Origin: an uncultured bacterium
GTDB lineage: Bacteria; Babelota; Babeliae; Babelales; Babelaceae
Length of the DNA stretch: 64,000 nucleotides
Reading direction: 5' to 3'
Assembly (NCBI GenBank): GCA_963824495.1
Contig: CAWGPQ010000008.1
Location: forward strand, 32,001-96,000
In this document: positions 48,765 through 57,680 of the stretch, one piece after another
Position numbering within the stretch: the stretch's first letter is position 1
Layout of the letters: every line of letters begins with the position of its first letter
Notes under the pieces: generated by a model
Seen by the model: only the letters and a program-made list of their open reading frames with translations
The model's database searches: none
Told to the model about the DNA's origin: nothing
Translations under genes and position numbers: made by a program

Positions 48765-51302
48765 ATGACGAACCGCAAGAGAACGATCAAAGTTATCGGT
48801 GCGCGTGAGCACAACTTAAAAAATATTACCGTTGAGATTCCTAAAGATACCCTGACCGTAATAACCGGCCCATCGGGGTCAGGCAAGAGTACACTCGCGC
48901 TTGATGTTCTCTATGCTGAAGGTCAACGACGCTATATGGAATCATTGTCATCATATGCTCGTCAGTTCTTAGGTATGCCCAAGAGACCTGATGTTGATAG
49001 AATCGAGGGGCTATGTCCTGCCATTGCTATCGATCAAAAGACCGTTGGAGCAAATCCACGCTCTACCGTTGGCACTATTACTGAAATTTACGATTATTTG
49101 AGGGTTCTTTTTGCCCGCATTGGCATTCCCCATTGCCCTCGTTGCACACGACCTATACAGGCAGAAGCTGCCGATACCATAGCTCATAAGCTTCTTGAGG
49201 ATTTTGCTGATCAGTTTATGAGCATAACGGCACCTTTAGCTCATGAGAAAAAAGGTGAGTTTAGTGGTGAACTTGAAAAGATTTTTATGACCGGCTACCA
49301 TCGCTTTATCATAGATGGCCAACGCTGTACGTTTAACTCACTTCAAGAACTTCGCGATCTTCACCTTAAAAAAACATTTCGCCATTCAATAGATATACTT
49401 ATTGATTCACTTAAAGCTACTTCTGAAGAATTACCTCGTTTACAAGAAGCACTTGAAAAAGCCTATTCTCTGGCATCTGGTTCATGCAAAGTTCTGGTTG
49501 GAGCAGCTGAATATACATACTCTGCTCAACGTATGTGCCTGAGCTGTAATTGCTCATTTCCTGAGCTTGAGCCGCGCTTTTTCTCGTTTAATTCACCGTT
49601 AGGCGCCTGCAAAGATTGCCATGGATTAGGTATAAGTATGTCGTTTACCTGGCCCAAACAAGACTATTTCGAAAGTATTGATCTTGAAGAACGGCCGTGC
49701 CAACGATGCAAGGGTAAACGTTTGCATGATTTAGCACTTGCTGTAACCATCGGTTCAAAAAATATTTATGAACTAGGACAGCTGTCGCTTAAAGATGCTC
49801 TCGATTTCTTTACCCAGATCAAGCTATCCGAATCAGAGCAGGTTATTGCTGAGCGGTTACTGTATGAAATTAAAAATCGTTTAACATTTCTCAGTGATGT
49901 TGGTCTTGATTACCTATCTCTTAATAGAACAGCACGAACTCTATCGGGTGGCGAAGGTCAGCGTATTCGTTTAGCTACACAGATAGGGTCAGCCTTGAGT
50001 GGTGTACTCTATGTTCTTGATGAACCGAGCATTGGCTTACATCAACGTGATAACGATCGTCTTATTGCTACCCTTAAGCGCTTACGTGATCAAGGCAATA
50101 CCGTCGTTGTTGTTGAGCATGACCATGACACTATGCTTCATGCTGATCATCTTATTGATATGGGTCCTGCTGCAGGTATAGAAGGAGGCGCTATTGTTGC
50201 CTCCGGTACACCTACTGAAATTACAGCCAATCCAAACTCGCTTACAGGAGCATATTTAGCTGGCAGGCAGGTCATAAAGCGTCCTACTGCACTACGACAA
50301 CCACGAGGGTTCCTGACGCTCAAGGGCGCAGTAACGCACAACCTAAAAGATCTTATCGTACAGTTTCCTCTTGGGGTCTTGTGTGGTATATCAGGTGTTT
50401 CCGGCTCAGGTAAGAGCACGTTAATTATGCACGAATTGGTACCGCTTATAAAAACTGCTCTCAATGTACGCTATAAGATTGCCCTTGAAAATACTCGCAT
50501 TGAGGGAATTGATCAGATAGAAGATCTTGTTGTCATTGATCAAAGTCCTATTGGTAGAACGCCACGCTCAAACCCAGCTACCTATTTGGGCATTTTCGAT
50601 GATATTCGCAGTTTATTTGCACGCACACCTGAAGCAATCGCACGAGGATACACATCAAGCCGCTTTAGTTTTAACACCGGCCAGGGACGCTGCTCAAAGT
50701 GTAATGGTGAAGGCACTATTACGGTTTCTATGCACTTTTTGCCTAATGTGACGATGCTCTGTACTCAGTGCAAGGGAACGCGCTATAATGCCCAAACGCT
50801 TGAGATTACGTATAAAAATAAAACCATCTCTGATGTGTTGGCTATGACAGCCTATGAAGCTGCTGAATTTTTTTCTGCGCATAGTGCTCTTGCCAAACGT
50901 CTCAAGCTTTTATGTGACGTTGGTCTTGATTATATAAAGCTTGGTCAGCCATCAACAACGCTATCTGGTGGCGAAGCCCAACGCATTAAATTAGTATTTG
51001 AGCTTGCCAAGCGTGGTCACAATACGCTCTATATCTTAGATGAGCCGACAACCGGCTTACATACCAGCGATATCGCTAAGCTCTTACACGTATTTGATCG
51101 CTTAATTGATAAAGGCAATACTGTTCTTGTCATTGAACATAATCTTGATGTTCTCAAGACCGTTGATTATCTTATAGATCTTGGACCTGAAGGTGGCCAG
51201 AACGGAGGATCTCTTGTAACATATGGCACACCCGATGACGTTGCTGCTTGTTCAACAAGCTACACGGGTCACTATCTTAAAAAGCTCCTCCGCCGTGCTT
51301 GA
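48765..51302 (+). CDS. uvrA: Excinuclease ABC subunit A (short form)
   Basis: GAREHNLKN; two ABC ATPase sites (GPSGSGKS, GVSGSGKS); LSGGE.QR; zinc fingers. Confidence 0.96.
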   Translation: MTNRKRTIKVIGAREHNLKNITVEIPKDTLTVITGPSGSGKSTLALDVLYAEGQRRYMESLSSYARQFLGMPKRPDVDRIEGLCPAIAIDQKTVGANPRSTVGTITEIYDYLRVLFARIGIPHCPRCTRPIQAEAADTIAHKLLEDFADQFMSITAPLAHEKKGEFSGELEKIFMTGYHRFIIDGQRCTFNSLQELRDLHLKKTFRHSIDILIDSLKATSEELPRLQEALEKAYSLASGSCKVLVGAAEYTYSAQRMCLSCNCSFPELEPRFFSFNSPLGACKDCHGLGISMSFTWPKQDYFESIDLEERPCQRCKGKRLHDLALAVTIGSKNIYELGQLSLKDALDFFTQIKLSESEQVIAERLLYEIKNRLTFLSDVGLDYLSLNRTARTLSGGEGQRIRLATQIGSALSGVLYVLDEPSIGLHQRDNDRLIATLKRLRDQGNTVVVVEHDHDTMLHADHLIDMGPAAGIEGGAIVASGTPTEITANPNSLTGAYLAGRQVIKRPTALRQPRGFLTLKGAVTHNLKDLIVQFPLGVLCGISGVSGSGKSTLIMHELVPLIKTALNVRYKIALENTRIEGIDQIEDLVVIDQSPIGRTPRSNPATYLGIFDDIRSLFARTPEAIARGYTSSRFSFNTGQGRCSKCNGEGTITVSMHFLPNVTMLCTQCKGTRYNAQTLEITYKNKTISDVLAMTAYEAAEFFSAHSALAKRLKLLCDVGLDYIKLGQPSTTLSGGEAQRIKLVFELAKRGHNTLYILDEPTTGLHTSDIAKLLHVFDRLIDKGNTVLVIEHNLDVLKTVDYLIDLGPEGGQNGGSLVTYGTPDDVAACSTSYTGHYLKKLLRRA

Positions 51303-51418
51303 AGAAATGACCCGTTAACAATTAGCATTTGCCATAGCATAACTCTTGACTTGGTAAATCATGTGTGTTATGCGTAAAAATATAAATTTGTAATAATATA
51401 ATAAACGATAAGGTAGAA

Positions 51419-52562
51419 TTGGACGTGGTTAAAAAATTTACAAAGTTAAATTTTTTGACAGCGCTTGCTGTAGGCCTCTTGTTGTGCAATAGCACGTTAT
51501 TAAAAGCTATGGAGGCACAAGAACCAGCAAATCCTGCCAACGAATTAATGCCGGTGCTGATATTAATCATGCTAATAGGTTCGGCGATACTGCTCTTATG
51601 AGGGCAGCTGATAAAGGAAACACCGATATGGTTAAATTACTTTTAAAGCATGATGCCGACGTTAACCTTGCTAGCTACGGGTATAAAACTACTGCTATAC
51701 GGTGCTTACGTATGCAGCGGATATGGGGAATGTAGACCTAGTGAGATTGCTTGTTGACCATAATGCTAACGTTAATTATATTCAGGAGGAATTTGGCAAT
51801 ACGCCCCTTATTCTTGCTGCTTTTTGGAATCATTTGCATATAGTTAGGGTGCTTATAGAGGCAGGCGCTCATGTTAATCATGTTGATAATCGAGGCGAAA
51901 CTTCACTCCTAATAGCAGCTAAAAAGGGGCACACAAATATAACTAAACTGCTCATAGAGCACGGTGCAAAATTACCTACTAACCCAGGACTTATTCAAAT
52001 AATCAGAAATCAACTCGAAGAAACCATTGGCAATGACTTTATCGTAGAGGTTATCCTTGGCAACACTGAGCAAATTACGCAGCTTTTAGAACAAGCTTCA
52101 CCGGAGCTTACGTATGCACCAGATAGCACAGGCAAAACCGCATTACATTGGGCTGCCGCTCAGGGTAACGATAATATAGTAAGACTATTACTTGATCATG
52201 GCTTTACCATTAATACCCAAGATGAAGAGGGTAATACACCATTACATTTGGCAGCTCGTAATGGTAACTTAAGTACCGTTAAACTCTTACTTGCACGTGA
52301 TGCTAACGCTACTCTTGTTAACCGAGACGGCCAGACCGCTCTAGCTCTTGCTCGCCAATACCATCACCCCGATGTTGTTGCTTTCTTAGAAGGAGAAGCT
52401 GGTCGTGCTGTGTTTGGCAGAGTGTCACGATTAGGTCGTGCAGGAGGCTTTGCATGGCAGCCTGAACCTGTAGGTGAGCTTCCAGCCAAAATTGCTCATA
52501 TAATTGCCCAGTTTACGCAGGCCCCCGGCCACCCTATACTTCCATCGGGGTCAGTTTCTTAA
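51419..52562 (+). pseudogene. Frameshifted signal-peptide ankyrin protein (paralog of 60144-61280)
   Basis: Signal-peptide frame to about 51550; ankyrin repeat AGADINHANRFGDTALMRAA in a second frame; main ORF 51702-52562 after another shift. Confidence 0.8.
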
Positions 52563-52605
52563 GCTTATCACCATGTTTCTATCTTTCTTATATCGATTCA
52601 CGTTA

Positions 52606-53391
52606 TTAAACGAAATCAAGTCTTTTTTTTAGGTTTCGCATTCCTAACACAAGAAAAAAACCAGAAAAAAACACTATTGCCAACAGGCATAACCAAAAGT
52701 TGATATAACCTGTTTGGCCTAACATTGCTGCTCGAACTGCTTCAGTTATATATATCATGGGATTTAAAAGACTTATCAACGCAACGGTTGGTAGTACATG
52801 ATAGAGTGCCATCCAGGAGAATTGAAAGCCACCCATAAACCACATGGGAAAAATAAATCTCGCCCATACGCTGCCCAATTTATTCATGCTAGAAATTATA
52901 CTGGAGGCCCATAAGACAAAACAGGCATAGAAAACACTTGAAAAAATCAAACTTAACAAAAGTTGAGCATAGAAGATTTGAGCAAGATCCATCTGCTTCC
53001 ATAAAACAAGCTTGCCAATAGGGAACATAAGAAGCGAAAGTAAAAAATACACGATAAAATAATAAGCTGCTTTACTTATGATTGCTAGCCATGATGGTAT
53101 GGGCAACGTCAGGCTATAGTTAATTACACGATCACCTTCAAAGTCTGAAACAAGATCTACAGCGTTTGCATAGAGCTCAAAGAGACCCGCTGATGCTAAT
53201 ACACCTGCTAATTGAAATGTACCGAAATCTGCTGATAAGCCAAAATATGGCATTATATAGCCCATAACTACTATAGTTAAGACTACCCAAATTGTTAGAT
53301 CTATAAATTTGTCAAAAAATACCTGTTTAAAGACCATAAGATCAGAATATATAAGCTCTTTAACCACGGTACCATAAAGTTTTTTATCCAT
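52606..53391 (-). CDS. ABC-2 type exporter permease
   Basis: Six TM helices, FPMWFMGG and NPMIYITEAVRAAML; adjacent to the ATPase gene. Confidence 0.85.
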   Translation of the reverse strand: MDKKLYGTVVKELIYSDLMVFKQVFFDKFIDLTIWVVLTIVVMGYIMPYFGLSADFGTFQLAGVLASAGLFELYANAVDLVSDFEGDRVINYSLTLPIPSWLAIISKAAYYFIVYFLLSLLMFPIGKLVLWKQMDLAQIFYAQLLLSLIFSSVFYACFVLWASSIISSMNKLGSVWARFIFPMWFMGGFQFSWMALYHVLPTVALISLLNPMIYITEAVRAAMLGQTGYINFWLCLLAIVFFSGFFLVLGMRNLKKRLDFV

Positions 53392-53415
53392 AAGTAAGTT
53401 CCAGGTAATATTACA

Positions 53416-54153
53416 TTAATTTTGGCCGGCTTTTAATAACTCGATAAACACATCTTCAAGATTTTTTTGTTTAAAATCTGACATAAGTTTATCAGGCGTA
53501 TCGATAAGTTTGATTTGACCCCTATCTAAAATACATACCCGATCAGAGAGCTTTTCTGCTTCATCAAGATAATGCGTTGTAAGCAAAACGGTTATGCCAT
53601 CTTTCTTCAGATCTTTGATCACATCCCACAAGTTTCTTCTGATATGTGGATCAAGACCAACGGTAGGTTCGTCCAAGATTATAAATTCGGGCTCATGTAT
53701 CAAGCTCCGAGCTATCATAAAGCGCTGTTTATAACCACCTGAAAGAACCGATGGTTTTTCGTGCAAGTATTTTTGCAACTCAAATTGCTTACTTAATCGA
53801 TCAATGCGAGTTTTACAATCCTGCTTTGAAAGTCCGTAAAACTTGCCAGCAAACATAAGATTTTGCTTGAGGGTTAACATAGTATTTAAATTAGGTTTTT
53901 GTGGACAATAACCTAATTTAAGCCTAAAAGCAGGAATATCTTTATAAATTGACTCTCCGTTATATTCAATATCACCTTCTGTTGCGGGATGTAGGGTCGC
54001 AATGATCGAAGACAATGTTGTTTTTCCTGCGCCATTAACACCCAGAAGACTTAAGATCTCGCCCTTATAGATAGCCAAATCTATGCCCTTTAAGACTTGA
54101 GATGTACCGTAACTTTTTTTAATATTTTTAACTTTTAATAAAATTTTTTGCAT
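53416..54153 (-). CDS. ABC exporter ATP-binding protein (DrrA/NodI-like)
   Basis: GVNGAGKTT, LSGG, LDEPTVGLD and TTHYLDEAE motifs. Confidence 0.93.
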   Translation of the reverse strand: MQKILLKVKNIKKSYGTSQVLKGIDLAIYKGEILSLLGVNGAGKTTLSSIIATLHPATEGDIEYNGESIYKDIPAFRLKLGYCPQKPNLNTMLTLKQNLMFAGKFYGLSKQDCKTRIDRLSKQFELQKYLHEKPSVLSGGYKQRFMIARSLIHEPEFIILDEPTVGLDPHIRRNLWDVIKDLKKDGITVLLTTHYLDEAEKLSDRVCILDRGQIKLIDTPDKLMSDFKQKNLEDVFIELLKAGQN

Positions 54154-54343
54154 AAGATCTCATAATAATCGCTATAATAATCGTTTGAGCGAAATTTTAA
54201 AAATCTCTTCGGACAAACACTGAACCTGTCTGTAACAAACAAAATTGTGTGCGATACTGGGCGATCAGAAACAGCTTAGTAACCACCTTTGGCACCAAAC
54301 TTGTTTTTGATTAAAGCCCCGATGTGACGTTAGACATTAGACG

Positions 54344-54373
54344 TTAGCTAAGAGAAGAAGTAGTGATGTTCAT
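54344..54373 (-). promoter_or_regulatory. Putative leader peptide uORF MNITTSSLS
   Basis: AAGGAG RBS then ATG AAC ATC ACT ACT TCT TCT CTT AGC TAA, 190 nt upstream of the ABC ATPase. Confidence 0.55.
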
Positions 54374-54423
54374 GGCTTTCTCCTTGAAATGTAAGCCAAC
54401 TTGAAGCAAACCTGAGATATATA

Positions 54424-54452
54424 CTTATAGGGTATTTTTGATTAAAAGTCAA
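54424..54452 (-). promoter_or_regulatory. Sigma70-like promoter of the leader/ABC operon
   Basis: TTGACT-17 bp-TATAAG on the minus strand. Confidence 0.6.
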
Positions 54453-54683
54453 TGGCAAACAGAGCAAACGAGACGAGCTTTCTTGGCCCCCCTTTTGTTA
54501 TTCTTGAATAACCTGGTATGCTTAACTTGTGTACAAATGGCATTACTATACAAAATTTATTTATCTGCCGGGGATTTTAATAACGGAAAATTTAATGCAT
54601 AAAACATAGGTAGTAAAGACTATACAAACCAAGGCATACTAAACCATGGTATACTCAATATCACTCTTACTTAAGGGGTTACT

Positions 54684-55634
54684 ATGAAGACGTACATCAA
54701 TTATTTCTTATATCTTCTCACCATTTCAACTATCTTTCAATCGAGAGCTACTGAAGCTTTAGAACCAGCTGATGTAAACGATCTCATTACTTTCTCTGTA
54801 GCATCTAAAGCCATCCCCAATAGCACTTATTATGATCCCATTATGCATAAGATGCGAACATCGCAAACAAGTTGTTCCGAAGAACCAAACTATAGCAGCA
54901 TTTCGCTTGGTCGCATCGCTGAAAATAAAAAGCAATTTGCAATCGAACGCTCAATCGTTGACTATGTAAAAAAAGGTGGTGCTGGTCTGGGAGTAATTTC
55001 AGCAGTTGTTTATGGAGCGCTACGTGCGGCCACTGGTGCACCGAGCCCTACGGGCCAACCGGTAGCTCCAGATAATAACCCTATTAAAATTCACAAACTC
55101 GCTCAACTTAGGGCTGGCCTGACTGCACTTGCAGGCTCTGCAGCAAGTACTATGGCAAGCACTATGGCAAGCTTTGTAGGCTACCGATGGCTTGATGAAT
55201 CGAGTCTTGCTCGTACCATGGTTGATACAGTAGTAGCAACGCCATCTCTTAAGTGGTATATTACTACTCATACTTCTTTTGATCAGTATGCTCAGGATAT
55301 TATTCGCTATGCTGCTGAATATCCTGAGCAGGTCGGCACTGGTCTCTATGGCTCACATGAGCCATTTCTAACAACATTCTATTTATTTATTAAGCACTTT
55401 GAAAGGGTTCTTGGCTATATTTCATACACCTTAGAAAATTTTCCTGATCAAGCAAAGCTTGAACGACAACGTGCAAAGTACGGCTTCGATAAGCTTATAC
55501 GGTTAGGACATGACTTAAGCTTGGCTGCTAATAGACTCTTAAGCGATATTCCTGAGCAATCGGCTGGTATAGAATCACTTGTTACCGCTATTCGAGCAGA
55601 GGTAACATCATTTTCAGCACTTGAGAAACAATAA
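54684..55634 (+). CDS. Hypothetical secreted/membrane protein (paralog of the next gene)
   Basis: Signal peptide, two hydrophobic segments, TTHT.F.Q...E+.LGY...LERQR. Confidence 0.7.
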   Translation: MKTYINYFLYLLTISTIFQSRATEALEPADVNDLITFSVASKAIPNSTYYDPIMHKMRTSQTSCSEEPNYSSISLGRIAENKKQFAIERSIVDYVKKGGAGLGVISAVVYGALRAATGAPSPTGQPVAPDNNPIKIHKLAQLRAGLTALAGSAASTMASTMASFVGYRWLDESSLARTMVDTVVATPSLKWYITTHTSFDQYAQDIIRYAAEYPEQVGTGLYGSHEPFLTTFYLFIKHFERVLGYISYTLENFPDQAKLERQRAKYGFDKLIRLGHDLSLAANRLLSDIPEQSAGIESLVTAIRAEVTSFSALEKQ

Positions 55635-55651
55635 TAATACGGAGAATTTTT

Positions 55652-56734
55652 ATGATCGTTCCGCGCGACAGATTTCTACATGTTTTATTAACCATAGGAA
55701 TGAGTAGTACGCTTCTGCTTCGATCTCAAGCTCCTGAAGCTCTTGAAGCATGGGAAGAAATTCAAACTGCGCCACAAGCAGAGCTTATGGAAATAACACA
55801 TGACCCTCGTACTGAGCTTCTTGAGATTTCTGACGAGCGTATCACACAAGCAAAAAACGATTATAGCACCGAGCTTTATTGGAATGCAGCTCAAGATTAT
55901 GGGCTTAAAGTTGCTACAGTAGGTGTCCTTCTAGGTGCTCTCTATTACTATAAATATGGTGTTCCCCAGTGGCTCAGTAAGAGCTTGCCTACAGGCCCGC
56001 AGTTATCCATACAAGAAAGGATAGCTACCCTAGAGAGGAGCGTAGCAGATCTAAGCCCTGCCGTGATAAAATTATCTAGCACACAAGCAAATCCAGCAGA
56101 GCCTGGAAGTGCTATAGCTAAGCCTCATGTGCTTTGGCGTGCCGGCAAAGCTATGATCAACGTTCCGGTAGTAGTAGGCAAGCAGGTACTATTGAGTATG
56201 GGGTGCCTTGCTGGGAGTTTTGTAGGCGCCGATATCGTGAGTAAAATATACCCTCGGACACAAACAAAAAATCCCTTTATTCAATTTATGACTACGCATA
56301 CATTTTTTTTACAAACTATAGAGCAGCTGCAACATTACGCAAAGGCGTACGAGCATTATCACACCAATCCAAAGCTTGGACCACTGAGCAAAAATAATCT
56401 TATAACCGTTTATAATATGCTTATTCAAGATATCGAAAAAGCACTTGGCTACATGGCACATAAGCATGATACCACAAGCATTCAAGCAGATCTTGAACGT
56501 CAACGTATCGAAATGAGCAGTATCACCATTCGAGAGATAACGTCTTATTTTCATGACACGCTCATCAAAGCCCTTGAATCGCATGAGTCAAAGGACGCAT
56601 CGAGCGTTACAACGATCTCGTTTGTTGCTGCAGGATTTGTGTCACAGCTTCAAAAAGAAATTATACATATGGCTCAACTTGAAGCTCATAGTGGCTTAAT
56701 TTTAGGTGATGTCAATGAGCAGCAAGGGGTTTAG
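55652..56734 (+). CDS. Hypothetical secreted/membrane protein (paralog of the previous gene)
   Basis: Same motif set: FMTTHTFFLQ, IEKALGYM, LERQR. Confidence 0.7.
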   Translation: MIVPRDRFLHVLLTIGMSSTLLLRSQAPEALEAWEEIQTAPQAELMEITHDPRTELLEISDERITQAKNDYSTELYWNAAQDYGLKVATVGVLLGALYYYKYGVPQWLSKSLPTGPQLSIQERIATLERSVADLSPAVIKLSSTQANPAEPGSAIAKPHVLWRAGKAMINVPVVVGKQVLLSMGCLAGSFVGADIVSKIYPRTQTKNPFIQFMTTHTFFLQTIEQLQHYAKAYEHYHTNPKLGPLSKNNLITVYNMLIQDIEKALGYMAHKHDTTSIQADLERQRIEMSSITIREITSYFHDTLIKALESHESKDASSVTTISFVAAGFVSQLQKEIIHMAQLEAHSGLILGDVNEQQGV

Positions 56735-56796
56735 TTAGTCTTTTCTTGCGGCTACCGGGACATAGCTGGTCCTGAATTGACTGCACAAGGTACACC

Positions 56797-57285
56797 CTAA
56801 TCTCCAACAATATAAGCGCCATCGGTCGCAACTATTATCTCACGACTTGAGCACCTATCAACCACTTCGCTTATAGGTGCCGCCAAGCCAGCGCCGGCTG
56901 CAAGTAGAAGGGCCAAGCCGCCACCAAACACTGGCTGGCCTATCATGCTAAAGGCAATGCCATTTGCAAGTAGCATTAGAAGCATGCCATCAATTGTATC
57001 CCGTTGGCGTTGCGTTATAGCCTTGAAAGACACATCTTTTCCGTTTACTTGAATCCCACTGATGCAGCAATCTTCTTGCCACCCTTTTACGGTTATAGGA
57101 GATTTATTTGCACCCCCATCAATATGTTTTGTAGGATTTTTTCCAGCACATGCTGCAAGCTTAATGGTAATATCTGCGTCTTTACCAAGTCCATTTGTTA
57201 TGTACCAAGTTCGGGCACCACAATAATGACTAGAACTCGTAAGAAATAAGATACCAAGTACCCTAATCATATATTTTATTAACAT
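56797..57285 (-). CDS. Secreted Cys-clamped hydrophobic-hairpin protein (paralog of 22982-23614)
   Basis: AGGAGG RBS; motifs shared with 22982-23614. Confidence 0.72.
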   Translation of the reverse strand: MLIKYMIRVLGILFLTSSSHYCGARTWYITNGLGKDADITIKLAACAGKNPTKHIDGGANKSPITVKGWQEDCCISGIQVNGKDVSFKAITQRQRDTIDGMLLMLLANGIAFSMIGQPVFGGGLALLLAAGAGLAAPISEVVDRCSSREIIVATDGAYIVGD

Positions 57286-57680
57286 TTCGCCTCCTATTTT
57301 TGATTATCAATAATAACTTCTGTAATAATTTTATAATAGGAATTATTGAAATGTCAAGAGTGAGGCAAAAGCATTCGCCAAAAACAGTACTAGCCTTACG
57401 TAGCAGATAGTCGGTCGCGTTGAAAGTCTAAGGTATAAGTTGATAATAAGCCCTAACACAAGCTTAAGGTATTAGCATCATGCTTTAGTTGCGCAATTTT
57501 TCGTTAACAAGATCGTTTTTAAGCTGATGCCCCGCCTTGCAGCTTCTACTGCTAGATTAGCATGTATATTAGGCGAGCAGAGGAATCACTATAGTTTTTA
57601 ACGCTTTCGACAAAGGCTTTATAGCAAGCTATACTAAGATATATATTGATTATTAATTTTTTTACGGATAATTCTAATCT

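Noticed and set aside
57555..57580. Minus-strand gcctaatatacatgc resembling a 16S rRNA 5' motif
   Set aside because: Short imperfect match with no flanking rRNA similarity.
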